64,000 bases of DNA from an uncultured Rhizobium sp. (GCA_964628235.1 CAZVLU010000005.1:16296-80295); one strand, 5' to 3'. Counted from the first letter of the stretch, positions 20,766 through 30,992 are shown. Notes: generated from the letters alone by a model not told the origin. A program made the numbers and translations.

Positions 20766-21785
20766 TTAGAAATGCCTATAGCCCTTTCGCATTAGCGAAA
20801 TAACTTGGCCGGCACCATCGAGAACGGTAACTCCGTTGCCTGGTTCGATCCGACCGATGGCTGTGACAGCCACCCCCAGCCCTAGCGCGACATCACGGAC
20901 AGCGCGTTCGGCCTCCGGCGCGGCGGTGAAAAGCATTTCGTAATCGTCACCACCGGTGAGCAAACGGACGCGACTCTCGGCCTCCGGCAGCGCCGCCATG
21001 GCCGCCGGCGAGACCGGGACATCCGCCGCCACGAAGCGCGCAGCAAGGCCTGAGGCGGCGCAGATATGACCCAGGTCGGCGACAAGCCCATCGGAGACGT
21101 CGGCAGCGGCATGAACCCCGGGCACGGCGGCGAGCGCCTGGCCAAAGGCAACGCGTGGCAGCGGCAAGCGATAACGCTCGATCAGCGCGGCGCGATGCGC
21201 GCCAGCCAAGCCGGCGAATTCGCCCTGCTGAAGCGCGAGGCCAAGATGGGCATCGCCGATGGTGCCGGTGACGAAGACGATGTCGCCGGCCTGAGCGCCC
21301 GAACGCAGCAACGGCGCGCGGCCAACCGGCATCAAGCCTACAGCGGTCAGCGAGAGTGTGAGCGGCCCAGGGGTGCGCGTGGTGTCGCCGCCGGCGAGCG
21401 GAAAGGCATATTCAGCCGCGTCAGCCGCTAGACCCTTGGCGAAAGCGGCGACCCAGCCCTCCTCCGTGCCACCAGGCAAATAAATGGGCGGCAGGCAGAT
21501 CGTGAGCAGGCAGGCGTAAGGCGTCGCGCCTTTGGCGGCGAGATCGGACAGATTCACACGCATCAGCTTGCGCGCGATCAGGTCCGGCGGGTCGTTTTCG
21601 AAGAAATGCACGCCGGCGACCATGGCGTCGGCAGTGACGACAAGGCGCGCGCCGGCGGGCGGATCGAACAGCGCGACGTCGTCCTTGAGGCCCAACGCGC
21701 CAGGAAAGGCCGCTGCGATGGGCGCAAAGTAACGCGCGATCAGATCGAATTCGCCGGCCACGGAAGATTGGGGCGCGGCGACCAT
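20766..21785 (-). CDS. thiL: thiamine-monophosphate kinase
   Basis: 339 aa; AIR-synthase-related fold motifs GEFDLIARYF, DGLVADL. Confidence 0.85.
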   Translation of the reverse strand: MVAAPQSSVAGEFDLIARYFAPIAAAFPGALGLKDDVALFDPPAGARLVVTADAMVAGVHFFENDPPDLIARKLMRVNLSDLAAKGATPYACLLTICLPPIYLPGGTEEGWVAAFAKGLAADAAEYAFPLAGGDTTRTPGPLTLSLTAVGLMPVGRAPLLRSGAQAGDIVFVTGTIGDAHLGLALQQGEFAGLAGAHRAALIERYRLPLPRVAFGQALAAVPGVHAAADVSDGLVADLGHICAASGLAARFVAADVPVSPAAMAALPEAESRVRLLTGGDDYEMLFTAAPEAERAVRDVALGLGVAVTAIGRIEPGNGVTVLDGAGQVISLMRKGYRHF

Positions 21786-21791
21786 GCGGCC

Positions 21792-22325
21792 TTAGGAGCG
21801 CGCGGCGGCCGAGCCCGCCATCTCGCCATCGCGGAAACTGCGGGCGATCTTATCGAGCACGCCGTTGACCAAGCCCGGCTCCTGCCCGGCATAGAAGGCG
21901 TGAGCGACATCGACATATTCGGTGATGACGACGCGCGGCGGAATGTCGGTGCGCTCGGTCAGCTCGAACGCGCCCGCCTCCAAAATGCGGCGCAGCACCA
22001 GCTCGAGCCGGCCCACCGTCCAATCGCCCGACAGCGACGCGCCGACGATCTCGTCGAGCCCTTCGCGCTTGGCCGAAACGCCGACGACCAGGGCGTTGAA
22101 CAAGCCTTTGTCGAACTGGACGAGCTTTTCCTCAAGCCAGCCCTCGGCATGCTCGGGATCGAGGAACTGCGCGACCACAGCAGCGCCGGAAATGCCGGTC
22201 ATATCCATTTGATAGAGCGCCTGCACGGCGGCGAGGCGCGCCGACGAGCGGCGCACAGCATTGTTTCTAACGCCAGCATTCTTTGCCGAAGGTTTGGACT
22301 CGCTGGTCACGCCGCCCTCAAACAA
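21792..22325 (-). CDS. nusB: transcription antitermination factor NusB
   Basis: 177 aa; AVQALYQMDM...ELTERTDIPPRVVITEYVDVAHAF. Confidence 0.9.
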   Translation of the reverse strand: MFEGGVTSESKPSAKNAGVRNNAVRRSSARLAAVQALYQMDMTGISGAAVVAQFLDPEHAEGWLEEKLVQFDKGLFNALVVGVSAKREGLDEIVGASLSGDWTVGRLELVLRRILEAGAFELTERTDIPPRVVITEYVDVAHAFYAGQEPGLVNGVLDKIARSFRDGEMAGSAAARS

Positions 22326-22797
22326 CCGGAAGGCCGAAGTGGCGCTTCATCTTGATCATGTCGAGACAGGCGCGCGTCACCGTGCCGCCCTTGTCGCCCT
22401 CGGTCACGCGCGCGCGCGCCCAAGCTTGCGCCTCGTTCTCGACGGTCAGGATGCCGTAGCCGATGGCGATGTTGTGACGCAGCGCCAAGTCTTGCAGGCC
22501 GCGGGCGCTTTCGCCGCAGACGTAATCGTAATGGGTCGTCTCGCCGCGGATGACGCAGCCGAGCCCGACATAGCCGTCGAACGCCTTGCGCTTCGGATCG
22601 AGCTTCTGCGCCGCGACGGCGAATTGCACCGCCGCCGGCACTTCAAACGCGCCGGGCACCGAGAATTTCTCGTAGGTCGCCCCGGCAGCCTTGATGGCGG
22701 CGAGCGCGCCCTTCAGCATCTCGTCGGCGATGTCTTCGTAGAAGCGGGCTTCGACGATCATGATATGCGGCGCGTCGGACAACTCAGATCTCCTCAA
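22318..22797 (-). CDS. ribH: 6,7-dimethyl-8-ribityllumazine synthase
   Basis: 159 aa; HIMIVEARFY...VPGAFEVP...HYDYV. Confidence 0.9.
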   Translation of the reverse strand: MRRSELSDAPHIMIVEARFYEDIADEMLKGALAAIKAAGATYEKFSVPGAFEVPAAVQFAVAAQKLDPKRKAFDGYVGLGCVIRGETTHYDYVCGESARGLQDLALRHNIAIGYGILTVENEAQAWARARVTEGDKGGTVTRACLDMIKMKRHFGLPVV

Positions 22798-22884
22798 TCA
22801 AGACGAAGGGCGGACCATACGGCAAAGCCCGGCCCCCGCAAAGCGGCGGCTAAAGCTTTCTTACGGCACGGCTTTTTGGCCGGA

Positions 22885-23493
22885 TTACTCTTTGCCGAGG
22901 GCGCGGGCGACGTAACGGGCCAGCATGTCGATCTCGATGTTCACGGGATCGCCGGCCTGGGCCTTGCCGAAGGTGGTCTCCTTCAGCGTGTGCGGAATGA
23001 TGTTCACGGCGAAGGTCTCGTCCGCCACCTGGTTCACGGTGAGCGACACGCCGTTGAGCGTGATCGAGCCTTTGGCCGCGATGTAGGACATCAGCTTGGC
23101 CGGCGCGCGGAAGGTGAAGGCCGTGCTGCCCCATTTATCGCCGACCGGAATGGCCGAGACGATCTCGCCGACGCCGTCGACATGACCCGACACGATATGG
23201 CCGCCGAACTCGTCGCCGACCTTCATGGCGCGTTCGAGATTGATGGCCGTGCCTGCGGTCCAGTTCGCCAATGTGGTTAACGACAGGGTTTCCGGCGAAG
23301 CCTCGACGGCAAACCAGTTCTGGCCCGCATCCGTGCCCTTCTCGATCACCGTCAGGCAGACGCCCGAGCAAGCGATCGACGCGCCCAGCGCGATGCCGGC
23401 CGGATCGTAGACCGTGTCGATGTCGAGGCGGACGTCGGTGCCCGGCACGACGCGCCGCACCCGACCGATGTCGGAGATGATTCCTGTGAACAT
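22885..23493 (-). CDS. riboflavin synthase (alpha subunit)
   Basis: 202 aa; MFTGIISDIG...CSGVCLTV, duplicated lumazine-binding halves. Confidence 0.9.
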   Translation of the reverse strand: MFTGIISDIGRVRRVVPGTDVRLDIDTVYDPAGIALGASIACSGVCLTVIEKGTDAGQNWFAVEASPETLSLTTLANWTAGTAINLERAMKVGDEFGGHIVSGHVDGVGEIVSAIPVGDKWGSTAFTFRAPAKLMSYIAAKGSITLNGVSLTVNQVADETFAVNIIPHTLKETTFGKAQAGDPVNIEIDMLARYVARALGKE

Positions 23494-23502
23494 GGCTTTA
23501 AG

Positions 23503-24600
23503 TTAATGCGCCCGCGCGTAGTATTCCACCAGATCGTCGCCGACCTGCCGGACTTCGCTGCGTTTGTAACGGTGCATGTCGGCCAGTTTTTCCACTCCGT
23601 AGGCCTGGGTCGCCTGTTTGCCGTCGCCGCCCATCAGGCTCGGGGCATGGAACCAGACCAGCCGATCGATCAAATCCTCACGCAGCAGGGCGCCGGCCAG
23701 CTTGGCGCCGCCTTCAGCCAGCAGCGTCGTCAAGCCGCGCGCGGACAGCGCTTCCAGCATCGGCAGCAGCAGCGGCTTATGTTCGGCGTCGCCAGCAACT
23801 TCGATCACTTGGCAGCCGACATCTTCAAAGGCTTTGCGGCGGTCGGGGTCGACACCCGCCGTCACAACCATCCAGGTCGGCGTCTCGCGCGCCGTCGCCA
23901 CGAGCTTGCAAGTCAACGGCGACCGCAGCCGGCTGTCGGCGACGATGCGGACAGGCGAGCGGTCTTCGAGGCCTGGAATCCGGCAAGTCAGCATCGGATC
24001 ATCGGCCAGCAACGTGCGAAAGCCGACAATGATGCCGTCGTTGGTGGCGCGCAGCATATGGCCGACCTGACGCGCCGGCTCGCCGGTGATCCACTGGCTC
24101 TCGCCGGTTTTGGTGGCGATGCGTCCGTCGAGCGTTGTCGCGAGCTTGAGCGTGATGAGCGGGCGGCCGCGACGTACTTTGCTGAAGAAGCCCGCGTTCA
24201 GTTCTTCGACTTCGGCCTGGCAAACGCCGACCGTCACCTCGATGCCGGCGTCCTTGAGCATCTTAATGCCGGCGCCGTTGACGCGCGGATCGGGATCGCC
24301 GCAGGCGACGACGACGCGCTTCACGCCGGCTTCGATCAAAGCGCTGGCGCAGGGCGGCGTCTGGCCGTGATGGCTGCAAGGCTCCAGGGTGACATAGGCG
24401 GTGCCGCCCTTGGCGCGGCCGCTGGCGCGCGCGAGCGCTTCGGTTTCCGCATGGGGACGGCCGCCGCGCTGGGTCCAGCCACGACCGGCGACTTGGCCGC
24501 CCGCGTCGAGAATGACGCAGCCGACCGCCGGGTTGGGCCAAACCACGCCGAGGCCACGGCGCGCCAAGGTCAGCGCGGCCTTCATCCAATCCTTATCCAT
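23503..24600 (-). CDS. ribD: bifunctional riboflavin biosynthesis deaminase/reductase RibD
   Basis: Start moved to MDKDWMKAAL; deaminase HAETEAL...LEPCSHHGQTPPC; reductase C-domain. Confidence 0.9.
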   Translation of the reverse strand: MDKDWMKAALTLARRGLGVVWPNPAVGCVILDAGGQVAGRGWTQRGGRPHAETEALARASGRAKGGTAYVTLEPCSHHGQTPPCASALIEAGVKRVVVACGDPDPRVNGAGIKMLKDAGIEVTVGVCQAEVEELNAGFFSKVRRGRPLITLKLATTLDGRIATKTGESQWITGEPARQVGHMLRATNDGIIVGFRTLLADDPMLTCRIPGLEDRSPVRIVADSRLRSPLTCKLVATARETPTWMVVTAGVDPDRRKAFEDVGCQVIEVAGDAEHKPLLLPMLEALSARGLTTLLAEGGAKLAGALLREDLIDRLVWFHAPSLMGGDGKQATQAYGVEKLADMHRYKRSEVRQVGDDLVEYYARAH

Positions 24601-24607
24601 AGCCGGG

Positions 24608-25075
24608 TTACTCGCGATCGATGACGCCGCCGCCAAGCTTGCCGAGGAAATCCTCGAAATCCTTGGCTTCGCGGAAGTTGCGATAGACCGAGGCGAAGCG
24701 GACATAGGCGACCTTGTCGAGATTGGCCAGCGCGTCCATGACCAATTCGCCGATCACGGTCGAGGGAATCTCGCTCTCGCCAGAACTTTCCAGGCGACGC
24801 TGGATCGAATTGACGATGCGCTCGACTTGCTCGTCGTCGATCGGGCGCTTGCGCACGGCGATGCGGATCGAGCGGGCCAACTTGTCGCGGTCGAACGGCG
24901 CGCGCTGGCCGCCCTTCTTGATCACCGTCAGTTCGCGCAGATACACGCGCTCGAAGGTCGTCCAACGCGAGCCGCAGGCCGGACAGAAGCGACGGCGGCG
25001 AATCGCCGCATTGTCTTCGGTCGGACGCGAGTCCTTCACCTGGGTGTCGTCATGACCGCAGAACGGGCAACGCAT
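24608..25075 (-). CDS. nrdR: transcriptional repressor NrdR
   Basis: [18 protein letters not shown]...zinc ribbon + ATP-cone. Confidence 0.9.
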   Translation of the reverse strand: MRCPFCGHDDTQVKDSRPTEDNAAIRRRRFCPACGSRWTTFERVYLRELTVIKKGGQRAPFDRDKLARSIRIAVRKRPIDDEQVERIVNSIQRRLESSGESEIPSTVIGELVMDALANLDKVAYVRFASVYRNFREAKDFEDFLGKLGGGVIDRE

Positions 25076-25103
25076 CGTCTATCTCCCCCACACGCAGCGC
25101 GCG

Positions 25104-26414
25104 TTATTTCATATCGGCGTAAATCGGGAAGCGCTCGCAAAGTTCGAGCACTTTCCGGCGCACTGCCGCTTCGGCTTTGGCGTTATCGTCCGGATTGGCG
25201 GCGAGGCCATCGAGCACTTCACCGATGTACTGGCCGATGGTCTTCCATTCGGCGATGCCGAAGCCGCGCGTCGTGCCGGCCGGCGTGCCGAGACGCACGC
25301 CCGAGGTGACGAACGGCTTCTCGGGATCGAACGGAATGGCGTTCTTGTTGCAGGTGATGCCGGCGCGCTCGAGGCTGGCTTCGGCCAGCTTGCCGGTGAG
25401 CTTCTTGGGGCGCAGATCGACCAACATCAGATGCGTGTCGGTGCCGCCCGACACGATATCGACGCCCTGCCCGACCAGCGTTTCCGCCAACGCCTTGGCG
25501 TTGTCGCGCACGGCGGCGGCGTAAAGCTTGAAGTCGGGCGTCAGCGCTTCGCCGAAGGCCACGGCCTTGCCGGCGATGACATGCATCAGCGGGCCGCCCT
25601 GGATGCCCGGGAAGATCGATGAATTGAACTTTTTGCCGAGCTCGAGATCGTTCGACAGGATCATGCCGCCGCGCGGACCGCGCAAAGTCTTGTGCGTCGT
25701 CGTGGTGACGACATGGGCGTGCGGCAGCGGACTCGGATGCGCGCCGCCGGCGACGAGGCCGGCGAAGTGGGCCATGTCGACCATGAAAAACGCGCCGACC
25801 GCGTCGGCGATTTTGCGGAATCGCGCGAAGTCGATGATGCGCGGATAGGCCGACCCGCCGGCGATGATCATCTTCGGCTTATGCTCGTTGGCGAGGCGCT
25901 CGACTTCGTCGTAGTCGATCAGGTTGTTGTCCTGACGCACGCCGTACTGCACGGCGTTGAACCACTTGCCAGACTGGTTGGGCGCCGCGCCGTGGGTGAG
26001 ATGGCCGCCGGCGGCGAGCGACATGCCGAGAACCGTGTCGCCCGGCTTGATCAGCGCGAAGAACACGGCCTGATTGGCCTGGCTGCCCGAATTGGGCTGC
26101 ACGTTGACATATTCGCAGGAGAACAGCTGCTTGGCGCGGTCGATGGCCAACTGCTCGACGACGTCGACGAATTCGCAGCCGCCGTAGTAGCGCTTGCCGG
26201 GATAGCCTTCGGCGTATTTGTTGGTCAAAACCGAGCCCTGCGCGTCGATCACAGCGCGCGAGACGATATTTTCGGAAGCGATCAGCTCGATCTGAGTCTG
26301 CTGGCGATCCAATTCGCCCTGCATAGCCTTGAACAAGGCGGGATCCTTGTCTTCCAGGCTTTGCTGGAAGAAACGATCGAGATTGGAACCGGCTTTGGCG
26401 GCAGTCGCAGACAT
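25104..26414 (-). CDS. glyA: serine hydroxymethyltransferase
   Basis: 436 aa; PLP site [13 protein letters not shown]. Confidence 0.95.
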   Translation of the reverse strand: MSATAAKAGSNLDRFFQQSLEDKDPALFKAMQGELDRQQTQIELIASENIVSRAVIDAQGSVLTNKYAEGYPGKRYYGGCEFVDVVEQLAIDRAKQLFSCEYVNVQPNSGSQANQAVFFALIKPGDTVLGMSLAAGGHLTHGAAPNQSGKWFNAVQYGVRQDNNLIDYDEVERLANEHKPKMIIAGGSAYPRIIDFARFRKIADAVGAFFMVDMAHFAGLVAGGAHPSPLPHAHVVTTTTHKTLRGPRGGMILSNDLELGKKFNSSIFPGIQGGPLMHVIAGKAVAFGEALTPDFKLYAAAVRDNAKALAETLVGQGVDIVSGGTDTHLMLVDLRPKKLTGKLAEASLERAGITCNKNAIPFDPEKPFVTSGVRLGTPAGTTRGFGIAEWKTIGQYIGEVLDGLAANPDDNAKAEAAVRRKVLELCERFPIYADMK

Positions 26415-26456
26415 CAGACACAGACCTCTTGGTAAAACATGAACTCGCCGCTGCGT

Positions 26457-26900
26457 TCAGCAGGCGTGGGACATCTTGGCGACACGGCGGGCGTGGCGTC
26501 CGCCTTCGAATTCGGTTTTCAGAAAAACGTCGAGGCAATCCTTGGCCAGTTCGATGCCGAGGATGCGGCCGCCCATGACGATCACGTTGGCGTCGTTGTG
26601 CAAGCGCGACAGGCGAGCCGTCAAAGCGTCATGCACCAGCGCAGCGCGCAATTGGGTGTGGCGATTTGCCGCGATGCTGATGCCGATGCCGGTGCCGCAC
26701 AGCAAGACGCCGCGCCCCGCCTGGCCCTCGCCGATCGCCTTGGCCATCAGATCGGCATAATCGGGATAGTCGACCGACTCGGGACCGTGGGTGCCGAGAT
26801 CGAGAACCTCGAAGCCTTTGGCGCGCAAGTCGTCGATCAAAAGCTGCTTCAGATCGTACCCGCCATGGTCGGATGCGATGGCAATGATGGCTGCGGACAT
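26457..26900 (-). CDS. rpiB: ribose-5-phosphate isomerase B
   Basis: Start moved to MSAAIIAIASDHGG; LCGTGIGISIAANR. Confidence 0.85.
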   Translation of the reverse strand: MSAAIIAIASDHGGYDLKQLLIDDLRAKGFEVLDLGTHGPESVDYPDYADLMAKAIGEGQAGRGVLLCGTGIGISIAANRHTQLRAALVHDALTARLSRLHNDANVIVMGGRILGIELAKDCLDVFLKTEFEGGRHARRVAKMSHAC

Positions 26901-27115
26901 GTCGCCGAAAATCCTCAAAACGCGAGGGGCCTAAATACCATATGTCGAAAGGCCACGCCAGCGTGCCACTACCTGTCGCGAGTGGCGGTATTTTGGCAGT
27001 TTAGCCAGGAGAAAGGCGTATTTTGCGCCGACCTAGACATGACAAGGCGCGGCGAAGGCCGTGGCTATATTCACATAAAATATATGTATTTATAGAGAAT
27101 TGGCTTCGTGGCTGC

Positions 27116-27337
27116 TCAACGCGCTTTACGCGACATGACGTAGTCGAGTTTGCGCAGCGCATTGGCCGTCATCAGGCGTTCGCCGAGACCGGCGGGCGCG
27201 ATGATCGACACTTCGGTCAAGCTGACGGGATCGAGCGCCGAGACTTTCACTTGGCGGCCCATACGGTGAAATTCGACGAGGGCTTCACGCGCGCCGCTGG
27301 CGAACGGCCCCTCGGCTTCGAAGGCGGTCTGCGCCAT
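27116..27337 (-). CDS. small conserved hypothetical protein
   Basis: 73-aa ORF between rpiB and MarR gene. Confidence 0.35.
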   Translation of the reverse strand: MAQTAFEAEGPFASGAREALVEFHRMGRQVKVSALDPVSLTEVSIIAPAGLGERLMTANALRKLDYVMSRKAR

Positions 27338-27345
27338 GACGGGGA

Positions 27346-27831
27346 TTAGGCGGCCGCCGTGCCGAGCGGCGCCGGGCGGCGCGCGGCGATGCTCATCTGG
27401 CGATTCCAGAATTGCTCGAGCACCTGCAACTGCTTGATGACGTCTTTCAGGCCCTCTTCGCTGATGGCGGCGTCGCCGAGCGCGGCGATATGGCGCGTGA
27501 ACATCTCCGACATCCGGGTGAACAGCTCCAACCCCTTGGGGCTCAGGCGCAGGCGCACCGAACGACGATCGTGGGTCGAGCGCTCGTTCTCGAGATAGCC
27601 GTTCTCGACCATCTTCTTGACGTTATAGGAGACGTTCGAGCCGAGGTAGTAACCGCGGTTGGTCAACTCGCCGACCGTCAACTCTTCCTGGCCGATGTTG
27701 TAGAGGATCAGAGCCTGGACGTTGTTGATGTCCTCGACCGCCGCACGGTCCAACTCAACCTTCACCACTTCCAGGAAGTGACGATGAAGACGTTCGATGA
27801 GAAAAATCGCGTCGCGGTAGGGATGGGTCAC
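27346..27831 (-). CDS. MarR-family transcriptional regulator
   Basis: 161 aa winged-helix: QALILYNIGQEELTVGELTNRGYYLGSNVSYNVKKMVENGYLE. Confidence 0.7.
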   Translation of the reverse strand: MTHPYRDAIFLIERLHRHFLEVVKVELDRAAVEDINNVQALILYNIGQEELTVGELTNRGYYLGSNVSYNVKKMVENGYLENERSTHDRRSVRLRLSPKGLELFTRMSEMFTRHIAALGDAAISEEGLKDVIKQLQVLEQFWNRQMSIAARRPAPLGTAAA

Positions 27832-28111
27832 GGCAACCTCGGCTTTGAATCTGACGATGGGGCCGGGATAAGGACCCCGACAAGATGCGAGTATCCGCGC
27901 TTATTTCTTAATTTTTTCTTGCATACTCCGTAATGCAGCGGCTTTTGCCGAATCCGAGACGGGCACGGCAAGGCTCTGAGGCGCATGGCTTTATTGTAAA
28001 GATCGCCTGTCTTTTTGTATGTCATTGTATCTAATCAGAAAGCCAATAGCCTTAGGGGGATTATCGGCTAACTGTAGGTCATGTCTGACCTGTGTAGGTC
28101 ACTTTCTGCGC

Positions 28112-28132
28112 CCAAATTGGGCGCTTGCGCTC
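28112..28132. terminator. palindromic terminator just downstream of integrase gene
   Basis: GCGCCCaaattGGGCGC perfect 6-bp stem. Confidence 0.4.
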
Positions 28133-28144
28133 AACGCCTGACGC

Positions 28145-29284
28145 CTATTTTTCCACCGCCACGAGCTTGAATTTCCCCGATCGGATAGCTTCGATCATCG
28201 CCGCTTCGGTCTGGCTGTCGGGCGCCGTGGACTGCGAGATCTGATTTACCGCGTCGAGCGACGCCTTGGGGCAAAGGTGGCCGTAGGTCCGCTCGACCAT
28301 GTCGACCGACATTTCGAGGGTCTTCGACACGGTCCAAACCGAAACGCCATTTTTAAGCATGATCGTCGCCGCCGTGTGGCGCATGACATGCGGACTGACA
28401 TTCGGCACCTTGGCCTGCCGCGCCAGAGCCTTGAAATTTTTGTAGAGGTCTGCGTCGCTGTCGAGCACAAAGTCGGAAATGCGCTCCTTGTAGGCTTGCT
28501 CCAGCACGTTCCGCAGGGTGCGCGACATCGCCACGACGGCCCGTCGCTTCTTCGTTATCTTCCGCCCCGGCACGTTGTAGTCGATCATGCCGGCGGAAAA
28601 GTCGACGCGCGACCACTGGAGCTGTTGCACCGCCGTCTTGCGCGCGCCGGTTTCGCGCGTCAGCCAGTAAAAACGCTCGATCCGCGAGAGCCGGCCGTCA
28701 CGCCGGCGCGTCTTGATAGCGGCCGCCGCCAGGCGCTCCAGCTCTTCCGGCTCCAGCCAGCGCGCACGGGCTGCGTTTTTCGGCGGGAGGTCGAAGGCGG
28801 GCACGTCGCCCGCCGGTATGAGCTTGCGTTTCCGGTCTGCGCACCAATTGAACATGGCGACCAGCATGAGCAATTCGCTCCGCACGGTCGAGCGCATGAC
28901 GCCCGAGCTGGAGCCGAGCTTGCCGCTGACGCGCTTATCCTCGTAGGCGTCGACGGCGTCCTGATTGACCTCCGGGTAGAGCAGCCGGCCGAAGTGCCTT
29001 TTCAGTCGGCGCCCGACGCGGCGGAGCGGCCCGATCGAGAGCGAGTTTTTTTCCAGGTGCTTCTTCTCGTAGACGTCCCAAAGATCTTCGACCGTGTAGA
29101 CATCGCTTGGGGCTGCGCCCTGCCCCATCAAGAGCCACTGGCCGAAGAAAGCCTTCGCAGCGCCCAAATCCTTCGTGCGCGTGCTGACGCGCTTGCTGCG
29201 TCCTCGTTTGCCCTTGGGGCTTGGTTCGGTCCAGTGAACGTACTGGACGCCGTTTTTGTCGGGCTTGAGGTAGGGCGCTGACAT
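28145..29284 (-). CDS. tyrosine-type site-specific integrase
   Basis: 379 aa; C-terminal catalytic region HVMRHTAATIMLKNGVSVWTVSKTLEMSVDMVERTYGHL. Confidence 0.9.
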   Translation of the reverse strand: MSAPYLKPDKNGVQYVHWTEPSPKGKRGRSKRVSTRTKDLGAAKAFFGQWLLMGQGAAPSDVYTVEDLWDVYEKKHLEKNSLSIGPLRRVGRRLKRHFGRLLYPEVNQDAVDAYEDKRVSGKLGSSSGVMRSTVRSELLMLVAMFNWCADRKRKLIPAGDVPAFDLPPKNAARARWLEPEELERLAAAAIKTRRRDGRLSRIERFYWLTRETGARKTAVQQLQWSRVDFSAGMIDYNVPGRKITKKRRAVVAMSRTLRNVLEQAYKERISDFVLDSDADLYKNFKALARQAKVPNVSPHVMRHTAATIMLKNGVSVWTVSKTLEMSVDMVERTYGHLCPKASLDAVNQISQSTAPDSQTEAAMIEAIRSGKFKLVAVEK

Positions 29285-29442
29285 TTCTTCACAGCCTCCT
29301 TGTATATTTCAAGATCCTCGGATTCGATCTTCGGCGGGCGGCCCGGCAGATACGCCAAAAGCCCGGCCAGGCGCAGGCGCTTGACCGTCGAGACCGAACA
29401 ACGAAGCTCTTTAGCGACTTCCGTTTCCGTCAATAGCGGCAT
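29128..29442 (-). CDS. excisionase / AlpA-like HTH DNA-binding protein
   Basis: Internal start MPLLTETEVAKELRCSVSTVKRLRLAGLLAYLPGRPPKIESEDLEIYK (HTH_17-like); 3' part overlaps integrase start, true stop/extent uncertain. Confidence 0.5.
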   Translation of the reverse strand: MPLLTETEVAKELRCSVSTVKRLRLAGLLAYLPGRPPKIESEDLEIYKEAVKKCQRPTSSPTKTASSTFTGPNQAPRANEDAASASARARRIWALRRLSSASGS

Positions 29443-29899
29443 CGTCGGCCTGCAACAGCTCGGCGACCTTGAGCGCCGTGGTGAGATAAACGAGTTTGTT
29501 GACGCGGAGGAACGCGAGGTTCGGCGCCGTGCTGCTCGCCTTGACCTCGAAGGCGGCAACGGCCGCTTCCGGCGTTTGGCTGGCGTCGTCTGCGAAGCGA
29601 ATGCCTCGATTGTAGCGGGTGGGCTCCAGCTCCTCGGGCTTCATGTCGAAGACCTTCGCCAGCTTCTCAAGGTTTTCGTCGTCCGGCAGGACGGCCGCGC
29701 GGATATAGGTCGAGATGGCCGCGCGCTGAATGTCAGCCCGGCGTGCCAATTCGCTTTGGTGCCAGCCCTTGCTGACCATCAGCTTGTAGAGACGCCGACT
29801 AAATTCCTTTTTCGCCGTCTGTTTAGCTGAAATGCGATCTTTCGCGCTCGCATCAGCTAACTCGTTTTCCCCGGTGCGGGAGCGAGGTTTTCTAGCCAT
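29411..29899 (-). CDS. XRE-family (Cro/CI-type) repressor-like protein
   Basis: HTH: LYKLMVSKGWHQSELARRADIQRAAISTYIRAAVLPDDENLEKLAKVFDM; divergent from a Cro-like gene. Confidence 0.7.
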   Translation of the reverse strand: MARKPRSRTGENELADASAKDRISAKQTAKKEFSRRLYKLMVSKGWHQSELARRADIQRAAISTYIRAAVLPDDENLEKLAKVFDMKPEELEPTRYNRGIRFADDASQTPEAAVAAFEVKASSTAPNLAFLRVNKLVYLTTALKVAELLQADDAAIDGNGSR

Positions 29900-30006
29900 C
29901 TTTTCGGCTCCAAACGATTAATTAAGTATGTCTGTTGTATATCTTAAAACAGGCGCTTGCAAGACAATTTGTCTGCATCCTCTTGACGCGCTACAGGGGC
30001 GGTTCT
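29900..30006. promoter_or_regulatory. divergent lysogeny-switch promoter/operator region
   Basis: AT-richer intergenic region between repressor (-) and Cro-like (+) genes containing tatgtctgttgtatatc and aatttgtctgcatcctcttgacg. Confidence 0.5.
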
Positions 30007-30267
30007 ATGACTAGAGGGCCTGAAACCACTAGATTTCATAAAGTAATGTTCGCCACAAAGCTTTTTCTCGAAGAAAAGTTTAAATCTCCGTCGGCGCTTG
30101 TGTCTTTTTTGTCTGCTTATGACTGTCAGACACCAAATATAAGCGCTGTAGAGAAGTGGTTTCAGCGCGGCGCGGTCCCTGGCTTTTGGTTTCCGCTGCT
30201 CGTCGGTTACTTGGAGCTGGACGAGGGGCGGCCGGTCTCGATTGTGAGATACTTTAAAAAAGGGTGA
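30007..30267 (+). CDS. small Cro-like / early regulatory protein (hypothetical)
   Basis: Start moved to MTRGPETTRF (RBS caggggcgg); low-GC gene divergent from repressor. Confidence 0.4.
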   Translation: MTRGPETTRFHKVMFATKLFLEEKFKSPSALVSFLSAYDCQTPNISAVEKWFQRGAVPGFWFPLLVGYLELDEGRPVSIVRYFKKG

Positions 30268-30270
30268 GAA

Positions 30271-30498
30271 ATGCACGGGGGAGAAACACTAGAAGCCGAG
30301 ACAAAGCTCTACTGGGAGTCGGTATCGGCGGCCCGCGGCGCGCTACGCGCCGCGCCAGGCAGCGATGTTTCCGAGCACTACGACGACATCGCGGGGATCG
30401 CGACCCACAGCGAATCTCCCGGCCTGCGCGACCATTGCAGAAATGCGCTCTCGGATCTCGAACACCACAAGCCGGGCCTATGCGGATCGCCGGCGTAG
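30271..30498 (+). CDS. hypothetical phage protein
   Basis: 75 aa, RBS gggtgag 7 nt upstream. Confidence 0.35.
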   Translation: MHGGETLEAETKLYWESVSAARGALRAAPGSDVSEHYDDIAGIATHSESPGLRDHCRNALSDLEHHKPGLCGSPA

Positions 30499-30992
30499 AC
30501 CCCGGCGCCTGGGGTGCGATCTCTTTGATCGACAATGGCCGCCTGGTCGAAGTCCACGACATGCCGCGGCTCATGCTTAGACGCGGCAAGACGGACAAGG
30601 CGGAGGTCGACGGCTACCTGCTAGGGCGGCTGCTCGCCGACCTGCGCGCCGACATCGCCTATATCGAGAAGGTCGGCGGCATCATGGGCCAATCGGCCTC
30701 CTCGTCGTTCAATTTCGGACGTGCGGCAGGCGCCCCCGAGTACGCCTTCAAAGCGCTCGGCGTGCGCGTCGAAACCGTGCCGCCGGGAACGTGGAAAAAG
30801 ACGCTCAAGCTGAACAAAGGCAAAGACGCGGCCGTCGCCCGAGCCTCGGCGCTGTGGCCGCAGATGTCGCACCATTGGGAAGAGCGCCGCGGCAATGGCA
30901 AACGCGAACAGCGAGAGGGGCGCGCCGAAAGCGCGCTGGTGGCCGAGTTCGGCCGGTTAGCAAACGATGGAGGGTCGAATGTCTTCGGGTAA
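30480..30992 (+). CDS. RuvC-like Holliday-junction resolvase (phage type)
   Basis: MRIAGVDPGAWGAISLIDNGRLVEVHDMP...AYIEKVGGIMGQSASSSFNFGRAAGA...VETVPPGTWKK: RuvC-fold catalytic D/E pattern. Confidence 0.65.
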   Translation: MRIAGVDPGAWGAISLIDNGRLVEVHDMPRLMLRRGKTDKAEVDGYLLGRLLADLRADIAYIEKVGGIMGQSASSSFNFGRAAGAPEYAFKALGVRVETVPPGTWKKTLKLNKGKDAAVARASALWPQMSHHWEERRGNGKREQREGRAESALVAEFGRLANDGGSNVFG

